From an uncultured Candidatus Saccharibacteria bacterium (GTDB lineage Bacteria > Patescibacteriota > Minisyncoccia > Phycocordibacterales > Phycocordibacteraceae): a stretch of 64,000 nt of DNA. Where the stretch lies: positions 8,286 through 72,285 of the forward strand of contig CAYOCH010000001.1 in NCBI GenBank assembly GCA_964402535.1. Reading direction: 5' to 3'. The first letter of the stretch is position 1. Each line of letters begins with the position of its first letter. Shown piece by piece: positions 29,140 through 37,781 of the stretch. The translations under genes and the position numbers were made by a program. A model generated the notes under the pieces. It saw only the letters and a list, made by a program, of their open reading frames with translations. It had not been told where the DNA came from and searched no databases.

Positions 29140-30135
29140 ATGACATATATCAGGAAATGGTTCGGGCTCTTCCTGGCTCTGTCGCTTTCGATGACGCCCG
29201 CATTCGCGTCCGCGGCACCGGGACACGGCGACGGGAACGGCAGGGCCGAGGGAGATTCCGAACAACACGCAGCACGTAGCGCGCTCACGCTCTCGATGCC
29301 GGCGATCCGCACGACGCCGGCGCAGGATCCGGTAGAGTGGCGCGGCGGCACCGATAACGGCCTCGGCAACGCCGGCCGCAACATGGGTCTCGGCACGGAG
29401 AAGCATGCGGACGCCGAGGACGGTAACGGCACGACCACGATCGTCAGCGAACATCACGGCGACACTGCCGACAAAGACGACGATGAGTGCGCCGAGGCGA
29501 CTGTCTCGAGCGACGACGATGACTGCACGGCGACCACGACGCCGCCTGCAGCCGCCGCGCCAGTGGTGAGCTCGATCACAGCCGCTCCGGCGACCTCCAC
29601 CGCGACGATCGCATGGATCACCGACACTCCCGCGACGAGCGTCATCTACTGGGGCACGGCGAACCCGCTCGACCCGAACGCTTCGACAACGCTCTCGATG
29701 AGCGATCCTGCCCTGCTCACAGGCCACTCGCTCAGTCTGACGGGTCTCACCGCGAGCACGACGTATGAGTTCATCGTCCGTTCCGCAAATAGCGTCGGGA
29801 CGACGACGTCGAACCCGTTCACCTTCACGACGCATCCGGTCGTCGCGCCGCTCTCGCTCTCGAGCGTAATGCCGACCTCGACGACGCCCGGCGCGGTGAC
29901 ACTCTCGTGGACGACGAACGCCCCGGCGACGGGTACGGTCTTCTTCGGCACGACGACGCCGCTCGACCTCCTGGCCACGACAACGCCCAGGGTCTCGACG
30001 ACGACCTTGAGCACGGCTCACTCGCTCACGATCACGGGCCTCACGGCGAGCACGACGTACCACTTCGTCGCGCAGTCGACGGACGCCTCGAACAACACGG
30101 CCACTTCGAGCGACATCCCGTTCCTCGTTCCTTAA
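29140..30135 (+). CDS. Secreted Thr-rich protein with two fibronectin-III-like repeats
   Basis: Signal peptide; two repeats W.T..PAT..(I/V)..GT...HSL..TGLTASTTY.F. Confidence 0.85.
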   Translation: MTYIRKWFGLFLALSLSMTPAFASAAPGHGDGNGRAEGDSEQHAARSALTLSMPAIRTTPAQDPVEWRGGTDNGLGNAGRNMGLGTEKHADAEDGNGTTTIVSEHHGDTADKDDDECAEATVSSDDDDCTATTTPPAAAAPVVSSITAAPATSTATIAWITDTPATSVIYWGTANPLDPNASTTLSMSDPALLTGHSLSLTGLTASTTYEFIVRSANSVGTTTSNPFTFTTHPVVAPLSLSSVMPTSTTPGAVTLSWTTNAPATGTVFFGTTTPLDLLATTTPRVSTTTLSTAHSLTITGLTASTTYHFVAQSTDASNNTATSSDIPFLVP

Positions 30136-30189
30136 CGCTGGATAGGTAGGATGTGCAGGCAGCCGACCCCCAGCGGGCCGGCTGTCGTT

Positions 30190-30507
30190 TTAGGCATGAG
30201 CGGATTTCGTGCGCTTAGCAAGGATGCCCCGCACAGAAGGGCTCACCGCCTTGTCCGTGCGATGGATGCAGCCGATCCAGCAGCACGGGCGGCGCTTGCT
30301 CTCGTTCAGCTCCGAGCGCACTCGCGCGACATGTTCTTTTCTCGTCTTGTCCTGCTTGACGGAGATCGCCCAGCAGATCCACTCGTTACGCGCCAAGGGC
30401 GTGAGGCTCTCCCATGCGGCACGCGCCTTCGGGTCGGCGGCGAGCGCGGTGCGCAAGTCTTGCGGCAAATCGTGCACGACCCCGCCGGCAATCAGTGTGC
30501 TGCTCAT
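30190..30507 (-). CDS. YdeI/OmpD-associated family protein
   Basis: LPQDLRTAL...WESLTPLARNEWICW...KTR; RRPCCWIGCIHR. Confidence 0.85.
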   Translation of the reverse strand: MSSTLIAGGVVHDLPQDLRTALAADPKARAAWESLTPLARNEWICWAISVKQDKTRKEHVARVRSELNESKRRPCCWIGCIHRTDKAVSPSVRGILAKRTKSAHA

Positions 30508-30590
30508 GCACGTATTTTACGAAAGCGCGGCGCATGTGTCACTTTTCATCATTAACGTTAGCGTCACGGCGCCAGTGCTACGCTCCGCCC

Positions 30591-30974
30591 ATGATCAAAG
30601 ACGCACCATCATTCAGCAGCTATTCGGTGAGCGACGTGAACGAAGCAAAGCATTTTTACGGCGATATCGTCGGCGTACCGTGCGCGGAGCGGCCCGAAGG
30701 CCTGGAATTGAAGCTCAACGGCGGCCGCGTATTCCTGTATCCGAAGAGCGACCATGCGCCCGCGACGTTTACGGTGCTCAATTTCAAAGTGGCGGATATC
30801 GACGCCGAAGTCGACGAGCTCGCCGAGCGCAGCGTGCATCTCGAGCGCTACCCCGGCATGCACCCTGACGGCAAGGGCATCTGCTGGAACGACGGCCGCA
30901 CCCCGGGCCCGCGCGCAATCGGCTGGTTCAAGGATCCTGCCGGCAACATCCTCGCCGTGATCCAGGAGAAATGA
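30591..30974 (+). CDS. VOC/glyoxalase family protein
   Basis: AKHFYGDIVG, LNFKVADID, WFKDPAGNIL. Confidence 0.9.
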   Translation: MIKDAPSFSSYSVSDVNEAKHFYGDIVGVPCAERPEGLELKLNGGRVFLYPKSDHAPATFTVLNFKVADIDAEVDELAERSVHLERYPGMHPDGKGICWNDGRTPGPRAIGWFKDPAGNILAVIQEK

Positions 30975-31023
30975 GTGCGCTTCGTCGTGCGAGCGCCTGC
31001 TGAGGCAGGTATATACTAGTGGC

Positions 31024-31395
31024 ATGCAAACCGACAAGAAAAAGCTTTTCGTGAATACGCTCGCATGGGGAGTGGCGCTGTGGTTCTTCGGCTACGCGCT
31101 CGGGTTCGTCTTCTTTGCGCTCGTGCCGCCCAGTGAGATCGGCTGGTACGTGACGCCCTTCGGCGTCGCGCTGACGCTCTGGGTCCTCTATACGAAGATC
31201 GCGCGGCATGACTTCACCTGCTACGTCGCGCTCGGCGTCATATGGGCGCTCATCGCGATCCTCCTCGACTACCTCTTCATCGTGAAGCTCTTGGGTGGAG
31301 CGGGCTACTACAAGCCGGACGTGTACCTCTATTACGCTCTCACCCTCGCGCTCCCGATCATCGTCGGCTGGCACAAGCTCCACCGCGCGAAATAG
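31024..31395 (+). CDS. Hypothetical 4-TM membrane protein
   Basis: Four hydrophobic segments, typical codon usage. Confidence 0.8.
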   Translation: MQTDKKKLFVNTLAWGVALWFFGYALGFVFFALVPPSEIGWYVTPFGVALTLWVLYTKIARHDFTCYVALGVIWALIAILLDYLFIVKLLGGAGYYKPDVYLYYALTLALPIIVGWHKLHRAK

Positions 31396-31428
31396 TATTT
31401 TGAGCAAGGACAGTCCTTGCTCACGGCA

Positions 31429-31839
31429 TTATGCAATTCGTTGCAGCTCCCCATTCAATACGATCGGATCGAAGCCGCGGATCTCGTCGTGGAGGATCCC
31501 TTCGGGAATGTCGTTATAGAGGAATATCTTCTTGCCGATGCGGAAGGCGTCGTACATCTCGAGGAATGTCGCCCCGCCGATATATTTCTTGGCGCCATCC
31601 TTATCGAAGTTTAGGACGAGGACAGCATCGTTATCCTGTATCACCTGTGTACTGTGCGCAATCATGCCGCCCTTCCATTTGGCATGGACGTCAGTACCTA
31701 ATGCCCGATGCCGCTCTTCGGCTGCTGGATCGTCGAAGCAATTGGGCAGCGTCACCATATGACCCAGCTTCTGCAGTTCAGCCTCGATAGGCGGTATCCG
31801 ATCGTAGAATCTCTTGCTGCAAATCACAAATATCTTCAT
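31429..31839 (-). CDS. Nucleoside 2-deoxyribosyltransferase-like small protein
   Basis: MKIFVICS...DAVLVLN...YIGGATFLEMYDAF...KKIFLYN pattern. Confidence 0.65.
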   Translation of the reverse strand: MKIFVICSKRFYDRIPPIEAELQKLGHMVTLPNCFDDPAAEERHRALGTDVHAKWKGGMIAHSTQVIQDNDAVLVLNFDKDGAKKYIGGATFLEMYDAFRIGKKIFLYNDIPEGILHDEIRGFDPIVLNGELQRIA

Positions 31840-31850
31840 TTGTGGCAATG

Positions 31851-32441
31851 CTACTTCCTCCTCCGTTCTTCGAGCCATGCGGGAATAGGGCCGAAAGTTA
31901 GAGGCACTGTGCATATCTCCGTTCGTGTGACATCAAACGTCAACATATAGAGCTTATCGGCACTATCGAAGATCGCCTTCTCCCAGTCGAATCCGAGCTG
32001 TGCTGAAACCCTACGGACCGTATCCTCATCCTTCCCTTCCACTTCAGTTATCGGGTCGAGCCACGGCCATGTATCGAGCATTATTTCTGTCGTTCCGAGC
32101 TTCCACAGCTCGCGCTTTGTTTCTTGTTCAGCTTTTATCGAGAGGCCGATAGCAAGCATAAATGCTTTCGTCTTGTCATAGTCATCAACGACGAGCTCAA
32201 TCTCCTTCATCCCTTCTATAGTCTCGCTATTGCGCTGCTTGAATGTCAGCGTGATAGCGTCACCCTCATCGCGCAAGCGTATCCAGGCTGCCTTCTTGTC
32301 GAGGCGCAGATCCTCGTAGTCGAAGATCGTGCGTCGGATGAGCCGCTCGGGCGTCACAAGTGTCGCACCCGCTGCTTCAAGCTTCCGGCGCACATCAGCG
32401 TGAGCCGGACCGATAAACGTCGCTTCGATTTCTGTATTCAT
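31851..32441 (-). CDS. CYTH domain protein (class IV adenylate cyclase/triphosphate tunnel enzyme)
   Basis: EIEATF, WIRLRDE, LTFK, EIE, QETKRELW, EVEG; start trimmed to MNTEIE after tRNA-Gln. Confidence 0.9.
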   Translation of the reverse strand: MNTEIEATFIGPAHADVRRKLEAAGATLVTPERLIRRTIFDYEDLRLDKKAAWIRLRDEGDAITLTFKQRNSETIEGMKEIELVVDDYDKTKAFMLAIGLSIKAEQETKRELWKLGTTEIMLDTWPWLDPITEVEGKDEDTVRRVSAQLGFDWEKAIFDSADKLYMLTFDVTRTEICTVPLTFGPIPAWLEERRRK

Positions 32442-32444
32442 ATG

Positions 32445-32515
32445 CTGGGGGACTTGGAATCGGACCAAGATTGAGAGCTTCAAAGGCTCCTGTCCTACCA
32501 TTAGACGATCCCCCA
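32445..32515 (-). tRNA. tRNA-Gln(TTG)
   Basis: TGGGGGATCGTCTAATGGTAGGAC...CTTTGAA...GGTCCGATTCC. Confidence 0.9.
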
Positions 32516-32536
32516 ATGAGCGCACTCTATCACTTT

Positions 32537-33337
32537 TTAGCTGCCGCACACGGCAGCGAGAGACGAGAGGTCGGACGCCGTCGGCTTCAGGTTGCCGCTC
32601 TCGTTCTGCGCATACATGATCGCCTTCGGGTCGCCGTTGTGGCCGAGGCCGATCGCATGGCCGAACTCGTGGGCCAGGACGCGCACGAGCTGCGTGCTGC
32701 CGATGAACTCGAAGATATCGATCCGCTCGCCTGCGGCATCGCGCACGAACTCGCCCTCCTCGAACGGGCGACCGGCCAGCTGATTGTACTGCTCTACGAG
32801 TGCGTTCAACGCGGCCACGCTCGCGTTAAAGGTCGCGACGCCGGCGTTGATCGAGTCCGCGAGCGCGTTCAGCGCGTCGCGCTCTCCGTTCAAGGTCTTG
32901 AGCTCCTCGGGCGTCGCGCCGCCGCGCGCGTTCACCTCGGCCACCGCCTGGTTATAGGCGTCCTGCTGCGCGACGAACTGCTCGTGCAGGGCGTCGAGAG
33001 AGGCGCGGGCTGCGTCAGCGTCGGCCTGCTTCTGCGCGATCTGCGCGCCGAGCTTGGCGTTCGCCTCGCGCTCGTCGTAGATGAGGTTCACCTTCAGGGC
33101 CGCGTTCGGGTCATAGGTGAGGAGCGGCTTCCCTCCGGCCTTGTTCCAGATCGCAGCGGCCGTCTCGAGGTCGCTCACGAGCTCTGCGCGCGTGATACCG
33201 AAGCGCGAATCGACCTGCCCCACCGCATACGGGATCGGCCGCGTGCACGGGATGTGCTGCTGATAGTAATAATAGAGACCCGCCGCCGTCGCAAGCGCGA
33301 CGATAAAGACGACGATCCAATTGAGTGCGTCTCTCAT
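32537..33337 (-). CDS. Matrixin-family zinc metalloprotease with coiled-coil insert
   Basis: HEFGHAIGLGH plus Met-turn KAIMY; N-terminal TM. Confidence 0.9.
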   Translation of the reverse strand: MRDALNWIVVFIVALATAAGLYYYYQQHIPCTRPIPYAVGQVDSRFGITRAELVSDLETAAAIWNKAGGKPLLTYDPNAALKVNLIYDEREANAKLGAQIAQKQADADAARASLDALHEQFVAQQDAYNQAVAEVNARGGATPEELKTLNGERDALNALADSINAGVATFNASVAALNALVEQYNQLAGRPFEEGEFVRDAAGERIDIFEFIGSTQLVRVLAHEFGHAIGLGHNGDPKAIMYAQNESGNLKPTASDLSSLAAVCGS

Positions 33338-34398
33338 TCGGCAGAGCCGAGCTCGAGGACAGCGAGCTCGAGAGGGAGCGCCGGGATCGGCGCGAAGCGG
33401 ATCCGATCAGCTGCGGTGAGGAATGCGAGCATCGTGTCGTGCGTGATGCCCTTCTCTCTTGCATACGCCTCGAGCGATGCGAACTCGTCTGCACCGTACT
33501 CTTGTGCGAGCTCGCTCCGGAGCTCGGGTGCATAGCGCACGAGGAGCGTGGCCCGCAGCGTCTCGAGTATGAGCTCGAGGAAGAGCCGCATGTCGACCCC
33601 GGCCTTGGCCGCCTTCTCGATCGCCTCGAGCGCCTTGCCGCGTTCGCCTGCCGCGAGCGCGCCGATGAGCGCGTTAACTTGCTCTCTCTTAGGCGCTCCC
33701 GTATGAGCCTCGACCCACACTCTAGAAATCTCTCCTGGCCTTTCTTCTTTTGCGGCTACCGTCTCCTTTATCCATTTCTCACCCGCAATGACCTTCTGCA
33801 ATGTTGATAACGCATCGCGATAAGAACCGTCACCAATCATGGCTATCAAATCCGCTGCGTCAGGCGCCAACTTGTATCCCTCCATCTTCGCTACGCGCGT
33901 TACTACTTGTGCGAGCACCGCGCGGGTCGGCTTCTTAAACTCGAAGACCTGGCAGCGCGACTGCACGGTCTCGGGCACCTTCTCTAATTCTGTCGTCGCG
34001 AGGATAAAGACTGCGTGAGGGGGCGGCTCTTCAAGCGTCTTCAAGAACGCGTTCCACGCGCTCTTCGAGAGCATGTGCACCTCGTCGAGGATGTAGACCT
34101 TATAGGGCGAGGCGAACGGCAGCGTATAGACGCCCTCGGAGAGTGCGCGGATGTCCTCGACGCTGTTGTTCGAAGCCGCGTCGACCTCGTAGAGGTCGCG
34201 CTCGTCGCAGCCGATTGCGCTCGCAAGGATGCGCGCGACCGAGGTCTTGCCGAGCCCGCGCGTGCCAGCAAAGAGGTATGCGTGGCCGAACTTCTTCGCC
34301 TTGACCGCCTCCTCGAGGGGCTTCGTCACCTGCTCTTGGCCGACCACTTCGGCGAACGCCTGCGGCCGATAGATCCGATAGAGCGACTGGTGCGCCAT
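33334..34398 (-). CDS. dnaX: DNA polymerase III gamma/tau (short)
   Basis: LYRIYRPQ, GTRGLGKTS, EVDAASN, ILDEVHML, LKTLEEPP, SRC. Confidence 0.96.
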   Translation of the reverse strand: MAHQSLYRIYRPQAFAEVVGQEQVTKPLEEAVKAKKFGHAYLFAGTRGLGKTSVARILASAIGCDERDLYEVDAASNNSVEDIRALSEGVYTLPFASPYKVYILDEVHMLSKSAWNAFLKTLEEPPPHAVFILATTELEKVPETVQSRCQVFEFKKPTRAVLAQVVTRVAKMEGYKLAPDAADLIAMIGDGSYRDALSTLQKVIAGEKWIKETVAAKEERPGEISRVWVEAHTGAPKREQVNALIGALAAGERGKALEAIEKAAKAGVDMRLFLELILETLRATLLVRYAPELRSELAQEYGADEFASLEAYAREKGITHDTMLAFLTAADRIRFAPIPALPLELAVLELGSAE

Positions 34399-34415
34399 AG
34401 TCGCTAGAGTATATC

Positions 34416-34567
34416 AAAAAGAAAAAGCCCCGGGACAGCTCCACTCGATGAGGTCGATGGAGCGCCCGGGGCCAAGGGAGATTACAAGTGAAGAAGACTT
34501 ACCACTACTGCTCCCTCCCACGAGGGAGCAGGCTAAGGATCAGGAAAGCGATAACCTTCACCAAAGC
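34416..34567 (-). ncRNA. Candidate ~150-nt structured RNA or attenuating leader upstream of dnaX
   Basis: Near-consensus promoter upstream; perfect 10-bp hairpin 34508-34531; GCCCCGGG/CCCGGGGC terminator plus U-tract. Confidence 0.6.
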
Positions 34568-34573
34568 CTCACT

Positions 34574-34602
34574 ATTCTAGCGCACCCCTATAATCTTGTC
34601 AA
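34574..34602 (-). promoter_or_regulatory. Near-consensus sigma70 promoter
   Basis: TTGACA-17 nt-TAGAAT. Confidence 0.8.
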
Positions 34603-34630
34603 ACCCCCAAAATATGCCGGAATTACTGGC

Positions 34631-35641
34631 TTATGCGTGACCAGACGCTGTCACCACCTGCTCGAGCTCGGCGGCGGAATTGGCGGCCATGAGCTTGGCG
34701 CGGAGGTCGGCGGCGCCGTCAAAGCCGGTGACGAATGCCTTGATGTGCTTCTTGAGTATCGAAAAGTTCTTCGGCGGCGCGAGCTTCTCAAATCCGTGCG
34801 CGAGTTCGACGAGCGCCATCAGCTTCTCTTGCAGTCCATGTTCGGGTTTCGTAAATCCATCATGCATGATGGATTTACGAAACCCATCATTGCCGCGCTC
34901 CGCAAATACCCACGGATTGCCAAACATGCCGCGGCCGATCATGACGCCGTCACAACCGGTCTCTGCGGCGAGCCGCTCCCCTTCTGCGATGCTCTGCACA
35001 TCGCCATTCCCTATGAGGAGCACATCGGGCGCGATCCGGTCGCGGAGCTCTTTAGCCTTCTTCATCCGCTCCCAATCGGCGGGGACGAGCGAGAGCTCCT
35101 TGCGCGTGCGCAGGTGGAGCGTGAGCGCCGCCGGTCGTGCCGAGAGGATCGGCGTGAGCCACTCTAGAAGCGTCTCTTTGTTATAGCCGATGCGCGTCTT
35201 CACCGAGACCGGCAGCCCTGCAGACTTCGCCGCCTCGATGAGTTCGACCGCTAAGGTCGGCGACTTGATGAGCGCTGCGCCGGCACCCTGCTTCTCGATG
35301 CTCCTATCCGGGCAGCCCATGTTGAGGTCGACGCCGTCGAAGCCAAGCTCGGCCACGACCTTGGCGCCATACGCGATCATCTCGGGTTTCGCCGAGAAGA
35401 TCTGTGCGACGATCGGATGCTCAGCGCTCGTGAACCGCAGATCGCGCATAAGCGGATTCTCTGCGTCCGGCATCTTAGCGATCTCGCGGGTGTGAAGGAG
35501 CCCGTCGGCCGAGACGAACTCGGTCCACGTGACGTCCGGCTTGCCATGCTTCGCAACGAGCGCGCGGAAGGCAGCGTCGGTGACATCCGCCATCGGCGCC
35601 ATCGCGAAGAACGGTCGCGAGAGCTTATTCCAGAATGACAT
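34631..35641 (-). CDS. dus: tRNA-dihydrouridine synthase
   Basis: APMADVTD, DLNMGCP, VSVKTRIG, HLRT, GNGDV, GVMIGRG. Confidence 0.95.
   Translation of the reverse strand: MSFWNKLSRPFFAMAPMADVTDAAFRALVAKHGKPDVTWTEFVSADGLLHTREIAKMPDAENPLMRDLRFTSAEHPIVAQIFSAKPEMIAYGAKVVAELGFDGVDLNMGCPDRSIEKQGAGAALIKSPTLAVELIEAAKSAGLPVSVKTRIGYNKETLLEWLTPILSARPAALTLHLRTRKELSLVPADWERMKKAKELRDRIAPDVLLIGNGDVQSIAEGERLAAETGCDGVMIGRGMFGNPWVFAERGNDGFRKSIMHDGFTKPEHGLQEKLMALVELAHGFEKLAPPKNFSILKKHIKAFVTGFDGAADLRAKLMAANSAAELEQVVTASGHA
34844..34885. repeat. Perfect 42-bp in-frame palindrome in dus
   Basis: GGGTTTCGTAAATCCATCATG|CATGATGGATTTACGAAACCC. Confidence 0.95.
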
Positions 35642-35667
35642 GCAGACACCCTAGCAGACTTCGCCGC

Positions 35668-36525
35668 TTACCGCTTTGTGCCGTCCGACTTTCGCTTCAC
35701 GTAGACTTTACCGTCGAAGCGCAGGTCGACGTAGACGAGCGAGCCGTCGCCAAGGTTCATGCTGCCCTTGCCCGAGGTGAGCGCGGTAAACGCCGCTTGC
35801 TCGTGACCGAGCACATAGGTCACGCGGGTACCACTCGCGAGATAGTCGTCGATCTCGTCGCCGCGGAGCGCGACCCTGGTCACCTCCGTGCCGAAGGTCG
35901 CGAGCTGCCGCGCGAAGTCGAACGTGCTCGGCAGCTCGTCTGCGCGCGCGATAGTCGCTCGGAGAGGTTCAAGCACATCGCCAATCAGGGGCGCGTAGAC
36001 CGCGAACGGGTTGATCGTCTCGGTCGTCGTCGCAGCAGGTGCGAAGACGAATCCGTTCGCGTCAAAAACATAGCAGTTCTCGACTCCCGATGGCTTGGAG
36101 CTTGCCCCGTTGGAAATCAGATTTTCAACGGGGCACCAGCGTGCGACCGCGACGCGGTCGTTCACCTTGATCGAGAGGCCCGTGAGCCCGTTGTGGAATA
36201 TCGAAATGGAGGCGATCTCCGGATGCGCCGCCATGATGTTCGCGCGGATCTGCCCGTCCGGATAGAAGAACATCGAGTCGCGCGGCACGAGCCCCAGATA
36301 GCTGCCCTGCATCGCCGAGGTCGCAACGTCTGAGAGCGACTGGTCAGCGCCGTAGATCGTGACCTCGCTGATGCGCACGGCGCTCTGGTTCAAGCCGTAG
36401 AGCAGCCCCGCGAGCGCGAGGATTGCGAGAACGACAAACGTGATCAAGACGCGGCGTCGGCGCTGTCGGCGGCGTTCTGCAAGCCGCGCGCTACCGTGCG
36501 GTACCGAGGACAGTCTTGCCGACAT
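35668..36525 (-). CDS. FtsQ/DivIB-like bitopic protein
   Basis: Basic N-terminus, TM, POTRA-like region, C-terminal YVDLRFDGKVY. Confidence 0.7.
   Translation of the reverse strand: MSARLSSVPHGSARLAERRRQRRRRVLITFVVLAILALAGLLYGLNQSAVRISEVTIYGADQSLSDVATSAMQGSYLGLVPRDSMFFYPDGQIRANIMAAHPEIASISIFHNGLTGLSIKVNDRVAVARWCPVENLISNGASSKPSGVENCYVFDANGFVFAPAATTTETINPFAVYAPLIGDVLEPLRATIARADELPSTFDFARQLATFGTEVTRVALRGDEIDDYLASGTRVTYVLGHEQAAFTALTSGKGSMNLGDGSLVYVDLRFDGKVYVKRKSDGTKR
36103..36135. repeat. In-frame palindrome in ftsQ-like gene
   Basis: TGCCCCGTTGGAAATC-A-GATTTTCAACGGGGCA (15/16 pairs). Confidence 0.85.
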
Positions 36526-37759
36526 ACGGCACAAGCACCTCGGGCACCTTGATCGTGCCGTCGGCTTGCTGGTAGTTCTCGATGATAGAGACGAGGATGC
36601 GCGGCGTCGGGATCGCGGTCGAGTTCAAGGAGTGCGCGAAGCGCATATTCCCCTCTGCATCGCGGTAGCGGATATTGAGGCGCCGCGTCTGGAAGTCGTG
36701 GAAGTAGGAGGCCGAGCTGATTTCGCGGTACTTCTGCTCTGCCGGGACCCAGAGCTCGACATCATATTTCTTCACCTGACCGAGGCCGAGGTCGCCGCCG
36801 CAGTTCGCGACCGTGTGATACGGGATATTCAAAAGCTCGATGAACTCCTCGGTGTTGCGGTTGATCTGCTCGTGCATGCGCACGGTCTCGTCGTGCTCGG
36901 CCTTGCAGAGCACGACCTGCTCCCATTTGAAGAACTCGTGCACGCGGATGAGGCCCCGGACGTCCTTGCCGTGCGCGCCCGCCTCACGACGGAAGCAGGG
37001 TGAGAACGCGAGGAACCGGATCGGGAACTGCGCCTCCTCGACCGTCTCGTTCATGTAGTAGCCCATCGTCGCGACCTCGCCGGTGCCGGCCAGATAGTCG
37101 CCGTCTTGCGTCTTGTAGAGATCTTCTTCGCCCTGCGGGAGATAGCCCGTGCCCATGAACGGTTCGCGCCGCACGAGACTCGGCACGCTCATGAGCGTCA
37201 TGCCCTTGCCGCCGAAATGCTTCAACGCGAGCTGCCACACCGCGTTCGCGAGGAGCACACCGTCATTCTTCAAGAAGTAGCCGCGGAATCCGGCGACCTT
37301 CGCACCGCGCTCGAAGTCCGCCATATCGTTCGCGACCATGAGCTCGACATGGTCCTTAGGCGTGAACGAAAACTCGGTGGGCGTACCCCACTTCTTCACC
37401 TCGAGATTATCAGCGTCGCTCTCGCCGTCCGGCACCGACATGTCAGGGACGTTCGGCACCGTGAGCATCAGCTGCTGCCACTCGTTCATGACGCCCTTCA
37501 GCCGCTCCTCTGCCTCAGTCATGCCGTTCTTGAGCTCGCGCATTTGCGCGAGGAGCTTCTCGCGATCCTCGCCCTTGGCGATCTGGATCTCGTTGCTGCG
37601 GCGGTTCTGCTCTGCGCGCTTGGTGTCGAGCTCGAGGCGGATCGCCTTGCGCTCGTCGTCGACCTTGATAAGACGGTCGATGTCGACCTCGATATGCTTC
37701 TTAGCGGCGCCTGCTTTGATAATGTCCGCATTCTCGCGGATAAAGTGAATATCGAGCAT
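36491..37759 (-). CDS. serS: Serine--tRNA ligase
   Basis: MLDIHFIREN, CFRREAG, GLIRVHEF, EISSAS, FQTRRLNIR. Confidence 0.97.
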   Translation of the reverse strand: MLDIHFIRENADIIKAGAAKKHIEVDIDRLIKVDDERKAIRLELDTKRAEQNRRSNEIQIAKGEDREKLLAQMRELKNGMTEAEERLKGVMNEWQQLMLTVPNVPDMSVPDGESDADNLEVKKWGTPTEFSFTPKDHVELMVANDMADFERGAKVAGFRGYFLKNDGVLLANAVWQLALKHFGGKGMTLMSVPSLVRREPFMGTGYLPQGEEDLYKTQDGDYLAGTGEVATMGYYMNETVEEAQFPIRFLAFSPCFRREAGAHGKDVRGLIRVHEFFKWEQVVLCKAEHDETVRMHEQINRNTEEFIELLNIPYHTVANCGGDLGLGQVKKYDVELWVPAEQKYREISSASYFHDFQTRRLNIRYRDAEGNMRFAHSLNSTAIPTPRILVSIIENYQQADGTIKVPEVLVPYVGKTVLGTAR

Positions 37760-37766
37760 GATTTAT

Positions 37767-37776
37767 CAGTATACTG
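37767..37776. promoter_or_regulatory. Symmetric -10 element (CAGTATACTG) shared by divergent serS and dprA
   Basis: Only 22 nt between the two start codons; TATACT on both strands. Confidence 0.55.
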
Positions 37777-37781
37777 CACCC

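Noticed and set aside
34416-34567. Canonical SRP (4.5S) RNA upstream of dnaX
   Set aside because: The conserved CAGG-GNRA-AGCA helix-8 motif is not visible; kept only as an unknown RNA.
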